Translations under genes and position numbers: made by a program
Shown: positions 1 through 10,519 of the stretch, piece after piece
How positions within the stretch are numbered: the stretch's first letter is position 1
Layout of the letters: the number at the start of each line of letters is the position of its first letter
Origin: Chloroflexota bacterium
GTDB lineage: Bacteria; Chloroflexota; UBA11872; VXNJ01
Direction of reading: 5' to 3'
Length of the DNA: 64,000 nt
Assembly: GCA_963664795.2 (NCBI GenBank)
Contig: CAXXYJ010000077.1
Location: 6,727 to 70,726, forward strand
Notes under the pieces: generated by a model
The model's database searches: none
What the model saw: only the letters and a program-made list of their open reading frames with translations
What the model was told of the DNA's origin: nothing

Positions 1-156
1 GCCCTGCAGGTCGAGCCCCTGGCGGAATTCCAGCTGGCTCAGGTCGCGGCCGGCCACCGTGACGCCGAACCCCGGCGTACCGGGCAGGTCCACGTAGATG
101 GCGAAGGCGACAAGGGCTGCAATGCTGGCCGCCAGGACGATTAAGCGTCTGCGCAA
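1..156 (-). CDS. secD: Protein translocase subunit SecD, N-terminal fragment (gene runs off the left edge)
   Basis: Not in the ORF track because no stop lies in the window. Reverse-strand translation from TTG at 156 gives LRRRLIVLAASIAALVAFAIYVDLPGTPGFGVTVAGRDLSQLEFRQGLDLQG. That is a basic N-terminus, one TM helix, then the LGLDLQGG-type motif typical of SecD. Confidence 0.45.
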   Translation of the reverse strand, partial: MRRRLIVLAASIAALVAFAIYVDLPGTPGFGVTVAGRDLSQLEFRQGLDLQG

Positions 157-270
157 GGGCTCGGAGCGGTGGAGTGGGGGAGAGATTGGTCGGGCGGCCG
201 AATTCTTGGCCCAATGGGGATTATCTGATAAGGACCGGGGCCGGACGAGGAAGGCAGGCGCAAGCACCCC

Positions 271-985
271 ATGCCGGAGCTGGAATTCCGCGACCCGCGC
301 CGACGCCGGCGCGCGCCTGGGCAAGCGACTGCTGGCCGAAGGCCTTGGGCGCTACGGGGCATTCGGGATCCTGCGCGGCGGGCTGGTGGTGGCCCATCAT
401 GCCGCGCTCATCACCGGCGGCCCGCTGCGGGCGGTCGCGGCCAGCAAGCTGCGCGCTCCCTCCCAGCCGGAGCTGGCCATCGGCGCGGTGACCGCCGATG
501 GGCCGATCTACCTGGACGACTCCGCCATCAGGCACCTCGAGATCGACGCGCGTTATCTGAATGAGGAAATTTCGGGCCGCCGCCGCCAGGCCGCCGCCAG
601 CCAGGCCCGGTTCGGCCGGATCGAATCCGACCGCCTGCCCGCGGTCGCGGTGGTCGTGGACGACGGCCTGGCCACCGGCGCGACCGCGATCGCCGCCGGG
701 CGCCTGCTGCGTTCGCTGGGAGCCAAGCGCCTGGTCGTTGCCGCGCCGGTGGCTCCGCCGGCGACGCTGCAGCGGCTGGTGGGAGGCGAATTCGACGACG
801 CGGTCTGCCTGCACGCCCCGCGGCGGTTCTGGGCGGTGGGCCGGTTCTTCGCCCGATTCGAGGCCGTGGCGGAAGCACAATTGGAGGAACTGGCGCGCAT
901 CGCCGGCGCGGGTGCAGAGCCCGATCCCGGCGACTGCGATCAGAACCCGCGCCGCGGTACGGATGAGGGGGTTGGCGGTAAATGA
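271..985 (+). CDS. Phosphoribosyltransferase-family protein (type I PRTase fold); frame broken by one extra C at 294-296
   Basis: Tracked ORF 98..985 contains QPELAIGAV and the PRPP loop VVVDDGLATGATAIAAG. The family N-terminus (M..F.DR.DAG..L) appears only if translation starts at ATG 271 (MPELEFRD) and one C of the CCC run is skipped, which continues as RADAGARLGKRLL. The 98..270 part of the tracked ORF is low-complexity and overlaps the divergent secD start. Confidence 0.7.
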
Positions 986-1821
986 AATTTGGAAGCGGAG
1001 AACACCGTTTTGAACTCGTCGAGGGCTGGCCGCAGCGCCCCGCGGACCTGGAGCTGGGCTGGATCGGCGGAATCGGGGTCACCAGCAGCGGGCGCGCCTA
1101 CGTCTACAACCGCGGCGATTACCCGATGGCCGTGTTCGATGCCGAGAGCGGCGCATTCATCGAGACCTGGGACGAGCCGCGGATGGTGCACGCCCACGCC
1201 GTCTGGGTCGACGACGACGACCGGCTCTGGCTGACCGACCAGAAGGCGCACGTGATCTGGATCTGCGACGAGCAGGGCAACATCCTCGACCACATCGGCA
1301 ACGAGGGCCAGAAGGGCGCCGTCGACGGGGCGCCGTTCAACGAGCCGACCGACATCGCGCTGGCCGGAGACCTTGGCTACTTCGTCTCCGACGGCTACGG
1401 CAACAGCCACATTCACCATCTGGCGCCGGATTACTCGCTGGTCAAGACCTGGGGCGGGCGCGGCGAGGGGCCGGGAGTCTTCAACCTGCCCCACTGCGTC
1501 CATTACGACACCCGCGGCCGGGTCTGGGTCGCCGACCGCGAAAACAACCGCGTGCAGCTGTTCGATACCGAGGGCAACCACCTGGAAACCTGGGCCGACC
1601 TGCTGCGCCCGGCCGATTTCGTCACCGAGGGCGACGACCTGGTCTACGTGTGCGAACTGGGCGGGCGGCTGTCGGTGATGGACCTGGACGGGGGCATCGT
1701 CGAGCGCTTCGACCTCCCCGACCCCCAGGCCCCGCACGGCATCTGGCTAGATTCGGACGGCAACCTGTACGTCTGCGAGGTCCAGGCCGACAACAAGCTG
1801 TACAAGCTGGCCCGCTGCTAG
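982..1821 (+). CDS. NHL-repeat beta-propeller protein (peptidylglycine-amidating-lyase-like fold)
   Basis: 279-aa ORF with repeated ...P.gva.D..G.vyVaD..N.ri..f... units (RAYVYNRGD, RLWLTDQKAH, GYFVSDGYGN, RVWVADRENNRVQLFD, NLYVCEVQ). Confidence 0.75.
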   Translation: MKFGSGEHRFELVEGWPQRPADLELGWIGGIGVTSSGRAYVYNRGDYPMAVFDAESGAFIETWDEPRMVHAHAVWVDDDDRLWLTDQKAHVIWICDEQGNILDHIGNEGQKGAVDGAPFNEPTDIALAGDLGYFVSDGYGNSHIHHLAPDYSLVKTWGGRGEGPGVFNLPHCVHYDTRGRVWVADRENNRVQLFDTEGNHLETWADLLRPADFVTEGDDLVYVCELGGRLSVMDLDGGIVERFDLPDPQAPHGIWLDSDGNLYVCEVQADNKLYKLARC

Positions 1822-1843
1822 GGCCGCCGAATCCCCGCGCCGA

Positions 1844-2392
1844 CTAGGGGCGTGGCGGCGCGGCCACCAGGCCCAGCGGATCGCGCCCGGCTGCCCTAAG
1901 GTCCTCGACCGCGGCCTGCAGGTGGTTGCGCCGGCTCATTCCGTCCGCGACCGCCAGCAGGGCAACGTCGGCGGCCCCGCACAGGGCGATCGCATCGGCG
2001 GTCAGCCCCAGATCGGCGGTGAGCAGCACGACCAGCCCGCCGTTACCACGCAGCCAGGCCGAGAGGGACGGGTTTGCGATCCGGTCGGGTGAGAGCGTCC
2101 CGCCCAGGACCTCCAACTCGCCGGGGCCGGGTCGCGGCGGTTCCGATTCAAGCGCGTGGGCGAGGCTGCCAAGCTGGCCGCCGCAGTGCCCGGCCAGGCC
2201 GGTGGGAGCGGATGCGGCCTCGACCAGCAGCGCCCCGCGGCCGGAGTCGGCCAGCGACCGGGCCAGGTGCCTGGCGACCGCGGCCGCGTCCGCCCGCGAA
2301 TCCGGCGCGGCCACCAGGATCACGCCGGCGTTCCCGGCCAGCTGCGCCAGGACCCGCGCCCGGAGCGCGGCCAGCTCGAATTCGAATTTCAT
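1844..2392 (-). CDS. BY-kinase/ParA-fold protein with degenerate nucleotide-binding motifs (probable pseudo-kinase partner of the Wzz-like protein)
   Basis: 182 aa, colinear with CpsD/CapB-type kinases. Walker A position reads VILVAAPDSRADAAAV, A' reads LLVEAASAPT and B reads VVLLTADLG. There is no tyrosine in the protein. Its start overlaps the upstream stop (ATGA at 2389-2392). Confidence 0.55.
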   Translation of the reverse strand: MKFEFELAALRARVLAQLAGNAGVILVAAPDSRADAAAVARHLARSLADSGRGALLVEAASAPTGLAGHCGGQLGSLAHALESEPPRPGPGELEVLGGTLSPDRIANPSLSAWLRGNGGLVVLLTADLGLTADAIALCGAADVALLAVADGMSRRNHLQAAVEDLRAAGRDPLGLVAAPPRP

Positions 2393-3075
2393 TCTTCCCG
2401 CCCATCGAGCCGGGCCAGGACCTTGAGGCCGCCCGGCAGGTCGGGGTCACCCAGATGCAGGCGGTCGCGCCAGGCGATGCCGATGGCCACCGCCAGGAGC
2501 GAGCCGAAAAGACCCACCGCGCCGCCCAGGAACACGGTGATCGCCTTGCGCAAAAGGGTCAGGCGGTCGAGCCCCGAATCCCAGTCGATCACGCTGGCGT
2601 AGGCGATTTCGCCAAATGCCGGCAGCAGGCCGTCCAGTTCGTGCGTTATCACCTCGGCGGCGGCCCGCGCCGCGCGCTCGGCGGTCGCGCGCTCGTCCCA
2701 ATAAACGTATACGTTCAGGCCGCGGTGGGTCCGGTCGGCCTCCAGCGATCCGGCCAGGGCGCCGGGCGGAAGGACCAGCTGATATTCCCTGGCCAGGCGG
2801 TCGGTCACCAGTCCCGCGAACGCCGCGCCGGTGACCAGCTGCTCGAGGTCGTCCATGACGTAGTTGATGGTCAGCGTGCGCGAGATTTCGACCTGGTAGG
2901 TCGGGTCCTGGCCCGAGTCCGGCACCTTCACGCTCACCAGGACCTGGGCGCGGCCGACGTAGGACTGCTGGTCGAATGCGACCCAGACTCCCGCCGCCGC
3001 CAGCAGCAGCACGGTTGCTGCGGCGACGGTAACCCAGTTGCGCAGCCAACCGGCCCAGAGCGTGTCTGCGTACAC
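2389..3075 (-). CDS. Wzz/CapA-like polysaccharide co-polymerase (chain-length determinant) membrane protein
   Basis: 228 aa with TM helices at both ends (VTVAAATVLLLAAAGVWVAF and VFLGGAVGLFGSLLAVAIGIAW) flanking a soluble domain. It sits directly upstream of the kinase-fold gene inside a glycosyltransferase cluster. Confidence 0.6.
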   Translation of the reverse strand: MYADTLWAGWLRNWVTVAAATVLLLAAAGVWVAFDQQSYVGRAQVLVSVKVPDSGQDPTYQVEISRTLTINYVMDDLEQLVTGAAFAGLVTDRLAREYQLVLPPGALAGSLEADRTHRGLNVYVYWDERATAERAARAAAEVITHELDGLLPAFGEIAYASVIDWDSGLDRLTLLRKAITVFLGGAVGLFGSLLAVAIGIAWRDRLHLGDPDLPGGLKVLARLDGREE

Positions 3076-3083
3076 CGGGCTCC

Positions 3084-4211
3084 TTAAATCGGACCGCGCG
3101 CGCGGTCGGCGACGTTATCGATGAACCGGGTAAATTGCCGGCCGAAACGCCGGTGCGAATACCCCCGCGCATTTTCGACCAGCGCCGCTGGATCGTAGCT
3201 TCCGGCGTCAAATTCCTGCAGGGCCGCAATCAGCGACCCGGTGGTGGGTCGTTCGAAGAATTCGCCGGTCTCCCCGGCGCGGATGGTCTCCAGGGCGCCG
3301 CCGCCGGCGAACGCCAGCACCGGTCGGCCGGACGCCTGGGCCTCGATCGGGACCAGGCCGAAGTCCTCCTCGCCGGGAAAGAGGACCGCCCGGCAGCGGG
3401 CCAGCTCGCGACGCAGGCGCTGTTCGTTAACGCGCCCGGCAAACTCGATCGTGGGCCCGGCGATCGCCTTCAGGTCGGCTTCGGCCCGGCCCGACCCCAC
3501 GATTCGCAGCGGCAAACCGAGCCGGTTGCAGGCGCGGATCGCAAGGTCGATCCGCTTGTAGGGGGCCAGCCGCGAAACCAGCAGCAGGTGGTCGCCGATT
3601 TCGGCGGGCGGGGCGGGCGCGAAATCCTCGACCCGCACCGGCGGGTGGATCACGGTGGAGTCGCGCCCGTAGAAGCGCCGGATTCGCTCGGCGACCACCT
3701 TTGAGATTGCGACGAAATGGTCGGTGCGGTCGGCCATGTACCGGTCCAGTTGCCGCAGGCCGTCAAGGCCCAGCTGGACGAGTGGGTCGAGCGTTTCCGG
3801 GAAGTCGCGCTCGGCGGCAAGGTACCGGCGCGTGTCCCAAAGGTAACGGGGCGGGGTAAGGCAGTAGCAGACGTGGGTGGTCGAGAGGTCGGTCGGAATC
3901 CAGCGGCAGAACCCGGATGCGTTGGAGACGATCACGTCGGCATCCCTGATCCACCAGCGAGCAAAGGTCGCCGCATAGACGGGCAGGTAGCGCCGGTGCT
4001 GCTCGAATACGGCCGGCATGACCTGCATCAGCGAGGTGCGGATGTCTTTCTCCGAAAACTCCGAATCCATCGCCGCGGGGTCGTAGATGGAGGTGTAGAT
4101 GGGCGCTTCGGGGTAGAGCCCGGATAGCTCCAGCAGAACCCTTTCGGCGCCGCCCATCTGGTTGAGCCAGTCGTGAACGAGGGCGACCCGGCGGCCCGCA
4201 GCGGCCGGCAC
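3084..4211 (-). CDS. Glycosyltransferase family 4 (GT-B)
   Basis: 375 aa, GTG start. N-terminus VALVHDWLNQMGGAERVLLEL; C-terminal Glycos_transf_1-type block LRIVGSGRAEADLK...LFPGEEDFGLVPIEAQASGRPVLAF. Confidence 0.85.
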   Translation of the reverse strand: MPAAAGRRVALVHDWLNQMGGAERVLLELSGLYPEAPIYTSIYDPAAMDSEFSEKDIRTSLMQVMPAVFEQHRRYLPVYAATFARWWIRDADVIVSNASGFCRWIPTDLSTTHVCYCLTPPRYLWDTRRYLAAERDFPETLDPLVQLGLDGLRQLDRYMADRTDHFVAISKVVAERIRRFYGRDSTVIHPPVRVEDFAPAPPAEIGDHLLLVSRLAPYKRIDLAIRACNRLGLPLRIVGSGRAEADLKAIAGPTIEFAGRVNEQRLRRELARCRAVLFPGEEDFGLVPIEAQASGRPVLAFAGGGALETIRAGETGEFFERPTTGSLIAALQEFDAGSYDPAALVENARGYSHRRFGRQFTRFIDNVADRARGPI

Positions 4212-4213
4212 CG

Positions 4214-5656
4214 TCAGTAGGCCCCCTCGGCCTTGAGCACCGCGGGGATCGTGCGCAGCAGGATCTTCAGATCCAGCCCGACCGACCAGTGCCCCACGTA
4301 ATAGGTGTCCAGCATGACCATCTCCTCGAACCCGAGATTGCTGCGCCCGCTGACCTGCCAGAGGCCGGTGATTCCGGGCGGGGCCAGCAGCCGGTTGTAC
4401 GCGTACTCATCGTAGGCCGAGACCTCGTCCGGGATCTGGGCGCGCGGTCCGACCAGGCTCATCTGCCCCGCGATCACGTTAATCAGCTGCGGCAGCTCGT
4501 CCAGCGAGGTCTTGCGCAGGACCCTGCCGACGCGGGTTACGCGCGGGTCGTTGCGCGGCTTGAACAGCGCCTGATCGCGCGCCTCGGGGAACACCTCGTA
4601 GCGGGCGCCGGAGGCATCTTCGACCATGGAGCGGAATTTGATCATCCGGAACGGCCGCCGGTCGCGCCCGATTCGCTGCTGCCCGAACAGGGCCGGGCCG
4701 GGCGAGTCGAATCGAATCGCCAGCGCCAGCAGCCCGAGCAGCGGCGAAAGCAGCACCAGCATCGTTCCCGCCAGCACGACGTCCAGGGACCGCTTCAGGA
4801 ATGCGTTAAAGCCCGCGATCCGGTTGCTGGTGAGGGTGAACAGCGGAATGCCGGCCACGGCCTCGGTGTTGACCCGGCCGGCCTGGAGGGCCAGCAGGTC
4901 CGGGACCACGGTGGCCCTTATCCCGCGCCTACGGCAGGCCGCGATCAGCTCGTTGGAGTGCGCGTTCGATTCCAGCGGCAGGGCCACGATCACCCGGTCG
5001 GGAGCCGTCCGCTCGAGGACCGCATCGATGTCGCCCAACCCGCCCAGGCGCCGAAACCTCCCGAAATCGCCCTCGTTGCCGGGCTCGTGATCGAGGAATC
5101 CGAGCGCCACCATGCCGGCGCCGGCGTTGCCGCGGATCTGCTGCATGAGCATCTTGGCCAGGACCCCGCGCCCGGCCACGATCACCCGTTCGGTCCCGAC
5201 GCCGCGGCGGTAGCGGTTCACGTACCAGCGGTGCACTATCAACCGCAGCAGCGCCACCAGCAGCACCGCCGAGACGCCGAGGTAGGCGAACATGAGCCGC
5301 GAAGAGGGCGGGAAGGCCTCGCGGGCAAGGTAGGAGACGACGATGATGGCGGCTTCGGCCAGCAGCGCCGCCGGGACGATCCGGCCGACCTGATCGAGCC
5401 AGGAGCCGAGCACCTGGCGGCGGTAGAGCCCCCGCGAGTAAAGGGTCGCCAGCATCACCGCCGCAAAAATGAGCCCGACGACCAGGAACTGGCTCAGGTC
5501 GACGTATCGGCCCGGACCGATTGCCCCGCCGATCTCCAGGTCGTAGCGGGCCACGTGCGAGATGATGAAGGCGCCCGCGAGCGCCGCCGTATCGAGCGCC
5601 AGGGTCAGCCACTGACGCCGCTGCCAGCGGTTCTGCCCGGACGCGCCGGCGGTCAC
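4214..5656 (-). CDS. Polyprenyl-phosphate hexose-1-phosphate transferase (WbaP/WcaJ-like initiating sugar transferase)
   Basis: C-terminal bacterial sugar-transferase domain: [82 protein letters not shown]. Several N-terminal TM helices. The tracked ORF reaches 5806 but overlaps the upstream gene by 124 nt; in-frame GTG at 5656 avoids the overlap, so the start is uncertain. Confidence 0.85.
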   Translation of the reverse strand: MTAGASGQNRWQRRQWLTLALDTAALAGAFIISHVARYDLEIGGAIGPGRYVDLSQFLVVGLIFAAVMLATLYSRGLYRRQVLGSWLDQVGRIVPAALLAEAAIIVVSYLAREAFPPSSRLMFAYLGVSAVLLVALLRLIVHRWYVNRYRRGVGTERVIVAGRGVLAKMLMQQIRGNAGAGMVALGFLDHEPGNEGDFGRFRRLGGLGDIDAVLERTAPDRVIVALPLESNAHSNELIAACRRRGIRATVVPDLLALQAGRVNTEAVAGIPLFTLTSNRIAGFNAFLKRSLDVVLAGTMLVLLSPLLGLLALAIRFDSPGPALFGQQRIGRDRRPFRMIKFRSMVEDASGARYEVFPEARDQALFKPRNDPRVTRVGRVLRKTSLDELPQLINVIAGQMSLVGPRAQIPDEVSAYDEYAYNRLLAPPGITGLWQVSGRSNLGFEEMVMLDTYYVGHWSVGLDLKILLRTIPAVLKAEGAY

Positions 5657-5682
5657 GGCGTCCGGCGCGGCAGCGTTATCGG

Positions 5683-6828
5683 CTAACCGCCCAGAGCCAT
5701 CCGATAGGCCCGACGGGCGCAGCGCGCGGTCTCCGCCCAGGTGAATTCCCGGGCCCGCCGTCGGCCTTTCCGTCTCAGCGACTGGATCGGATTTGAATTG
5801 CTGCAAATTTTTTCGAGCGCGGCCACTATCGAATCAATGTTATTGGGGTCGAAGAGCAGGCCGGCGTCGCCGACCACCTCGGGCAGGGAGGAATTGTCGG
5901 CCGCCGCGACCGGGGTGCCGCAGGCCATCGCCTCGAGCACCGGCAGTCCGAACCCCTCGTAGGCCGACGGATACACGAACCCCTCGGCGGCCGAATACCA
6001 GAGGGGCTTTTCGGATTCGGGGACGAAACCGGGCAGGAGCAGGCGGTCGGCAACGCCCGCTTCCGCGGCCAGCGCGCGAACGTCGACTCCGCCCCAGCCG
6101 GAACCGCCGGCGATGACCAGCCGTCCCGGATACCCGCGCCCGGCCAGCCGGGCGAACGCCGCGATCAGGCGGTCGAGGTTCTTGCGCGGTTCGATCGTGC
6201 CCAGGTGGAGCAGGAACCGCCCGGGGACGTCGGGCCGACTGCGGAACCGTTCGAGGGATTCCGAATCCACCGCCCCGCCCAGCGACGGGTCGAGTCCCGG
6301 ATAGGCGACCACCAGCCGTTCCGGGTCGGCGTCCCGGATCGCGACCAGGTCGCGGCCGGTCGAGGCCGAATCGACCAGCACCGCGGCCGCCCGCCGCAGC
6401 GACCAGCGGCCGGCCAATCCCAGCCAGGCGCGCCGCCGCCAGGGGTGGGCCCCGGGGGTCGTCAGGTAGGTCAGGTCGTGAACGGTTATGACCTGGCGGC
6501 AGCCGGTCAACAGCGGGGAGACGTTAAGCAGCCCGTGCAGGACGTCTACTCCCGCCTCATCGGCGGCCAGCGGCAGACCGGTCTGCTCCCAGGCGATCCG
6601 CCGCCAGGGCCGGTCTCCCGGTGCGGGGGAGAAGATGACCCGCGCCCGTGCGAGGACGGCCAGGCTGGCGGGGTCGAAGTCGGCGTTGCAGAAGACCAGG
6701 TATTCGTGCTCGGGGTCGGGTTCCTCGAGCAGGGCCCTTATCAGGTTGCGGGCGTAAACGCTGACCCCGCTGTTGCGAAAGCCGGGCCGCGAGTGCATGC
6801 AGGTCGCGTTGAGCCCGATCAGCGCCAT
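5683..6828 (-). CDS. Glycosyltransferase family 4 (GT-B)
   Basis: 381 aa. GVSVYARNLIRALLE N-domain; C-domain LVIAGGSGWG...FVYPSAYEGFGLPVLEAMACGTPV (the EX7E-type region). Confidence 0.85.
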   Translation of the reverse strand: MALIGLNATCMHSRPGFRNSGVSVYARNLIRALLEEPDPEHEYLVFCNADFDPASLAVLARARVIFSPAPGDRPWRRIAWEQTGLPLAADEAGVDVLHGLLNVSPLLTGCRQVITVHDLTYLTTPGAHPWRRRAWLGLAGRWSLRRAAAVLVDSASTGRDLVAIRDADPERLVVAYPGLDPSLGGAVDSESLERFRSRPDVPGRFLLHLGTIEPRKNLDRLIAAFARLAGRGYPGRLVIAGGSGWGGVDVRALAAEAGVADRLLLPGFVPESEKPLWYSAAEGFVYPSAYEGFGLPVLEAMACGTPVAAADNSSLPEVVGDAGLLFDPNNIDSIVAALEKICSNSNPIQSLRRKGRRRAREFTWAETARCARRAYRMALGG

Positions 6829-6867
6829 TTACGGTTCCTGGTGCGGGGCCGGCGACTGCAGGCCGGG

Positions 6868-6905
6868 CAAATAAAAGACGGCCGGGGCCTTCCGCCCCGG
6901 CCGTC
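6868..6905 (-). terminator. Rho-independent terminator after the ABC ATPase gene
   Basis: Perfect 12-bp stem (6877-6888 gacggccggggc and 6894-6905 gccccggccgtc) with a 5-nt loop. On the minus strand it is followed by UUUUAUUU (complement of 6869-6876), 25 nt after the stop at 6931. Confidence 0.75.
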
Positions 6906-6930
6906 GTTGTTCCGTTTCCGGAAGCGGGAC

Positions 6931-8058
<1,128 letters not shown>

Positions 8059-8557
8059 AGGCGGTCAACACCCTTTCCGCGCCGCGGCCGCGCCGCCGGC
8101 GCCTGCATGAAGCCGCCTGCAGCCACTGCGTGGCTACCTGCGACCCGACGGAGCCAGAACTGTTCGGCAATAGCCGTGCCCCGCCTAAAAAACGGATCTC
8201 TCCGCCTTTCACATAGCTTACGCGAAACGCCCCTACCATGCCGCGAGAAGCATTTGAGTGAATTCGGTGCTGGGGTTCCTGGAACGGATGCTCGCCACCG
8301 GTTGGAATCTGGGTGAATGCCTGAAAGCCGGCGGGCGTTTAATCCTGAATATTTGTGCCGCCCGAACCCAGATGGCGATCCGGCGCTGTAAGGCAGATCT
8401 AGTCCGATCGTCCAGGAAAGCGCCAAGTCAATCTGGGGCGATTGCGCTGAGACCGAGGAGCGGCCGCGAGCGACATCAGATTCCCTGGGACAGCAAACAC
8501 CCTTAACCCTTCCGATTCTTTGCTTCCAATCGGGCAAGAGGCGCCGGTCTCGGATCA

Positions 8558-9358
8558 TCAACCAGGATTTGGGCGTTGATTTCCTAAGTCCGCTGCGAAC
8601 TGGCATAAAGCACGGGCTTGGCCTGAGACGTCGGCTTGCAATTCGTCATCTTTGACTCTGCCAAGAAAGCCTGATACTCCGGTCGGCCCGGGCCCATCCA
8701 AATCGAAAAAATCTTTGCGGATGATTTTGAGCGCCTCGTCCACGCTTGAGTTTGGGCGGAGCAAGGCCAGCCTCTCGGCAACTTCCTCAATTCCAAGCGC
8801 GTCCCAGACATAAAACAGGTCGTACGCGTCCTTGTTTCGGGTCCGGTTTCCGAACGCGAGCGCCTTGAGCACAGTAAACGCGCCCGCGCCGCAAACCGGA
8901 ATGCTCCGCGATACAAGTGCGCCGTTCGGAAGGTGGTCGGCCAAATCGATCCAGGTGCGGTCGGCTAGTGCCAGTTCAAGGCCTGGCGTGACTATCGCCG
9001 CCAAATCCGAGTCGATATGCATGATGCGTCGGCTTGAATCGGTTTCGCCCGACGGTGGCATTAGGAAATCGATGGTTACAGGTCGAGGTGTGCCCGACGT
9101 CCACCGTTGCGGCGTCAGGTTATCACGATTGTTTACGTCCGGTTTGAATCCTGCGTCCCGCAATCTTTCGCTCAATTCCCGGTAGCGACTATCGCCGAGT
9201 AAGGCCAAGTCGATACCCAAGTCGAGGTCAATGGTTCCCGGATGATCACCAAGACGTGATTGCGCATTGCTGGTTCCGACCAGAAGATGCGGTACCAAAC
9301 CACCGACTACAACCATTTCGTCCAAAAATCCCCCAATTTGGAGGCGACATACAGGCAT
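8558..9358 (-). CDS. Pol-beta-superfamily nucleotidyltransferase, AbiEii/AbiGii-toxin-like
   Basis: 266 aa. NTase signature hGG-x(n)-DhDh (VVVGGLVPHLL...GTIDLDLGIDL) and the family-like helix FTVLKALAFGNRTRNKDAYDLFYVW. Starts 36 nt after the stop of the upstream wHTH gene on the same strand. Confidence 0.55.
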   Translation of the reverse strand: MPVCRLQIGGFLDEMVVVGGLVPHLLVGTSNAQSRLGDHPGTIDLDLGIDLALLGDSRYRELSERLRDAGFKPDVNNRDNLTPQRWTSGTPRPVTIDFLMPPSGETDSSRRIMHIDSDLAAIVTPGLELALADRTWIDLADHLPNGALVSRSIPVCGAGAFTVLKALAFGNRTRNKDAYDLFYVWDALGIEEVAERLALLRPNSSVDEALKIIRKDFFDLDGPGPTGVSGFLGRVKDDELQADVSGQARALCQFAADLGNQRPNPG

Positions 9359-9394
9359 GTCTGGCGCACGAGCCCCAGCTGGTGTTGGCTGTAC

Positions 9395-10465
9395 TCAGAC
9401 GACATGGTCGCCCCACATACCCTCCGAGATCCCCAGAGACAATCGGCTGCGGAGGTTTTCGGCGGCTTCGGCGGATCGCTCCGGGTGACCTTTCAAATCC
9501 AAATAGACCTGCACCGGATGCACGCAACGTATTCCATCTACGGACCCGGAGCCGTCGAAAACTCCGTCATCGTTTGGCACAACCAGCCAGGTGTTTGCCC
9601 CTCTTTCCCCTTCGCGAAAAGAAAGAGAGCTCGCGAGGTCTCGCGAAGGAGGCTGCGTTACATATACGGTTGCAAGACGGAAACCGGCGAATCCAGTCCA
9701 GAGCCACGCCGCGGGGAGCGCGGTGGCGGCGTACGAAATCTGATGCTCAGACATGACGTTGGCGATCTTTTGGATCAGCTGGTCACCGCCCGATGCCGGA
9801 ATGTGGCCAGGGAAGACTTCGTGTCGGTCAAATCGGTAATCTTCTCGCCAAGCGTCGAGCAGAACCTGCCAGTCATGGACCCGGATGCCGACTTCACCGC
9901 GATGCACCAATCCGTCGGCCAATAGTTTTGCGACCACCCGGCTGGTATGACCTTCGTCAAGACCAGTCTCGAGAGCAATAGCGCGTTGCCTGATCGCGTT
10001 TTCTGGCGCGATCAGCAGCCTTCGGGCGATGCGGGAACCCTTAGCGCCAAACGCGCTCGCCGGTCGACCCGGCTGGCGAAACCTGTTTTTGATGCCCAGA
10101 TTCTGATAGAAGATTCCGGGGGCGACGATCCTGGCATTCCCGGAAAGATCCAACCATGATTGATCGATTTTCTCGCAATGACTTCTACCGGCTTCTCCCA
10201 TGTATGGAACTGCCAGCAAAGCAATGGCGCCCTCAGGCGACCCACCCTCGGCGCGAGACAGAGTCTGCGTACCCGCGACGACTTTGGGCAAAGAGCCAGA
10301 GTTTTTCCATTCCAGCAGGAATTTGCGGTCGCCGCACTCGATCGTTGCGCCCCACCGGTATTGGCGGTCAGGGCCCTTCTCCAAGCGGACGTCAGAAGTG
10401 CCAAAAATTTCGGCGAGCCGATTCGCGACTTGCCCAACGGCAAGGGATTCGCGAGGAATTCGCAT
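9395..10465 (-). CDS. wHTH protein, AbiEi-antitoxin-like, with an unassigned ~140-aa N-terminal region
   Basis: 356 aa. Central winged-helix segment SRIARRLLIAPENAIRQRAIALETGLDEGHTSRVVAKLLADGLV; C-terminal block VHPVQVYLDLKGHPERSAEAAENL resembles AbiEi C-terminal domains. It is the first gene of the pair, the usual antitoxin position. Confidence 0.5.
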   Translation of the reverse strand: MRIPRESLAVGQVANRLAEIFGTSDVRLEKGPDRQYRWGATIECGDRKFLLEWKNSGSLPKVVAGTQTLSRAEGGSPEGAIALLAVPYMGEAGRSHCEKIDQSWLDLSGNARIVAPGIFYQNLGIKNRFRQPGRPASAFGAKGSRIARRLLIAPENAIRQRAIALETGLDEGHTSRVVAKLLADGLVHRGEVGIRVHDWQVLLDAWREDYRFDRHEVFPGHIPASGGDQLIQKIANVMSEHQISYAATALPAAWLWTGFAGFRLATVYVTQPPSRDLASSLSFREGERGANTWLVVPNDDGVFDGSGSVDGIRCVHPVQVYLDLKGHPERSAEAAENLRSRLSLGISEGMWGDHVV

Positions 10466-10467
10466 GC

Positions 10468-10519
10468 TTGTTTAAATCTACTACCTTGCAGTAACCAGCA
10501 AGTACGTGAGTTTAAACAA
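10468..10519 (-). promoter_or_regulatory. Perfect 9-bp inverted repeat (TTGTTTAAA, 34-nt spacer, TTTAAACAA) abutting the start codon of the AbiEi-like gene; candidate autoregulatory operator
   Basis: Arms at 10468-10476 and 10511-10519 in an AT-rich stretch; the gene starts at 10465. AbiEi-type antitoxins are known to autorepress through inverted repeats in their promoters. Confidence 0.35.

Noticed and set aside
8258-8506. 82-codon ORF and other short ORFs (8010..8606, 10481..10795, 10506..10811) in the non-coding flanks of the islet; a possible third cassette gene
   Set aside because: No motif, poor composition, no Shine-Dalgarno sequence, and mutually overlapping. I cannot support them as genes. 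The flanks remain unexplained rather than coding.
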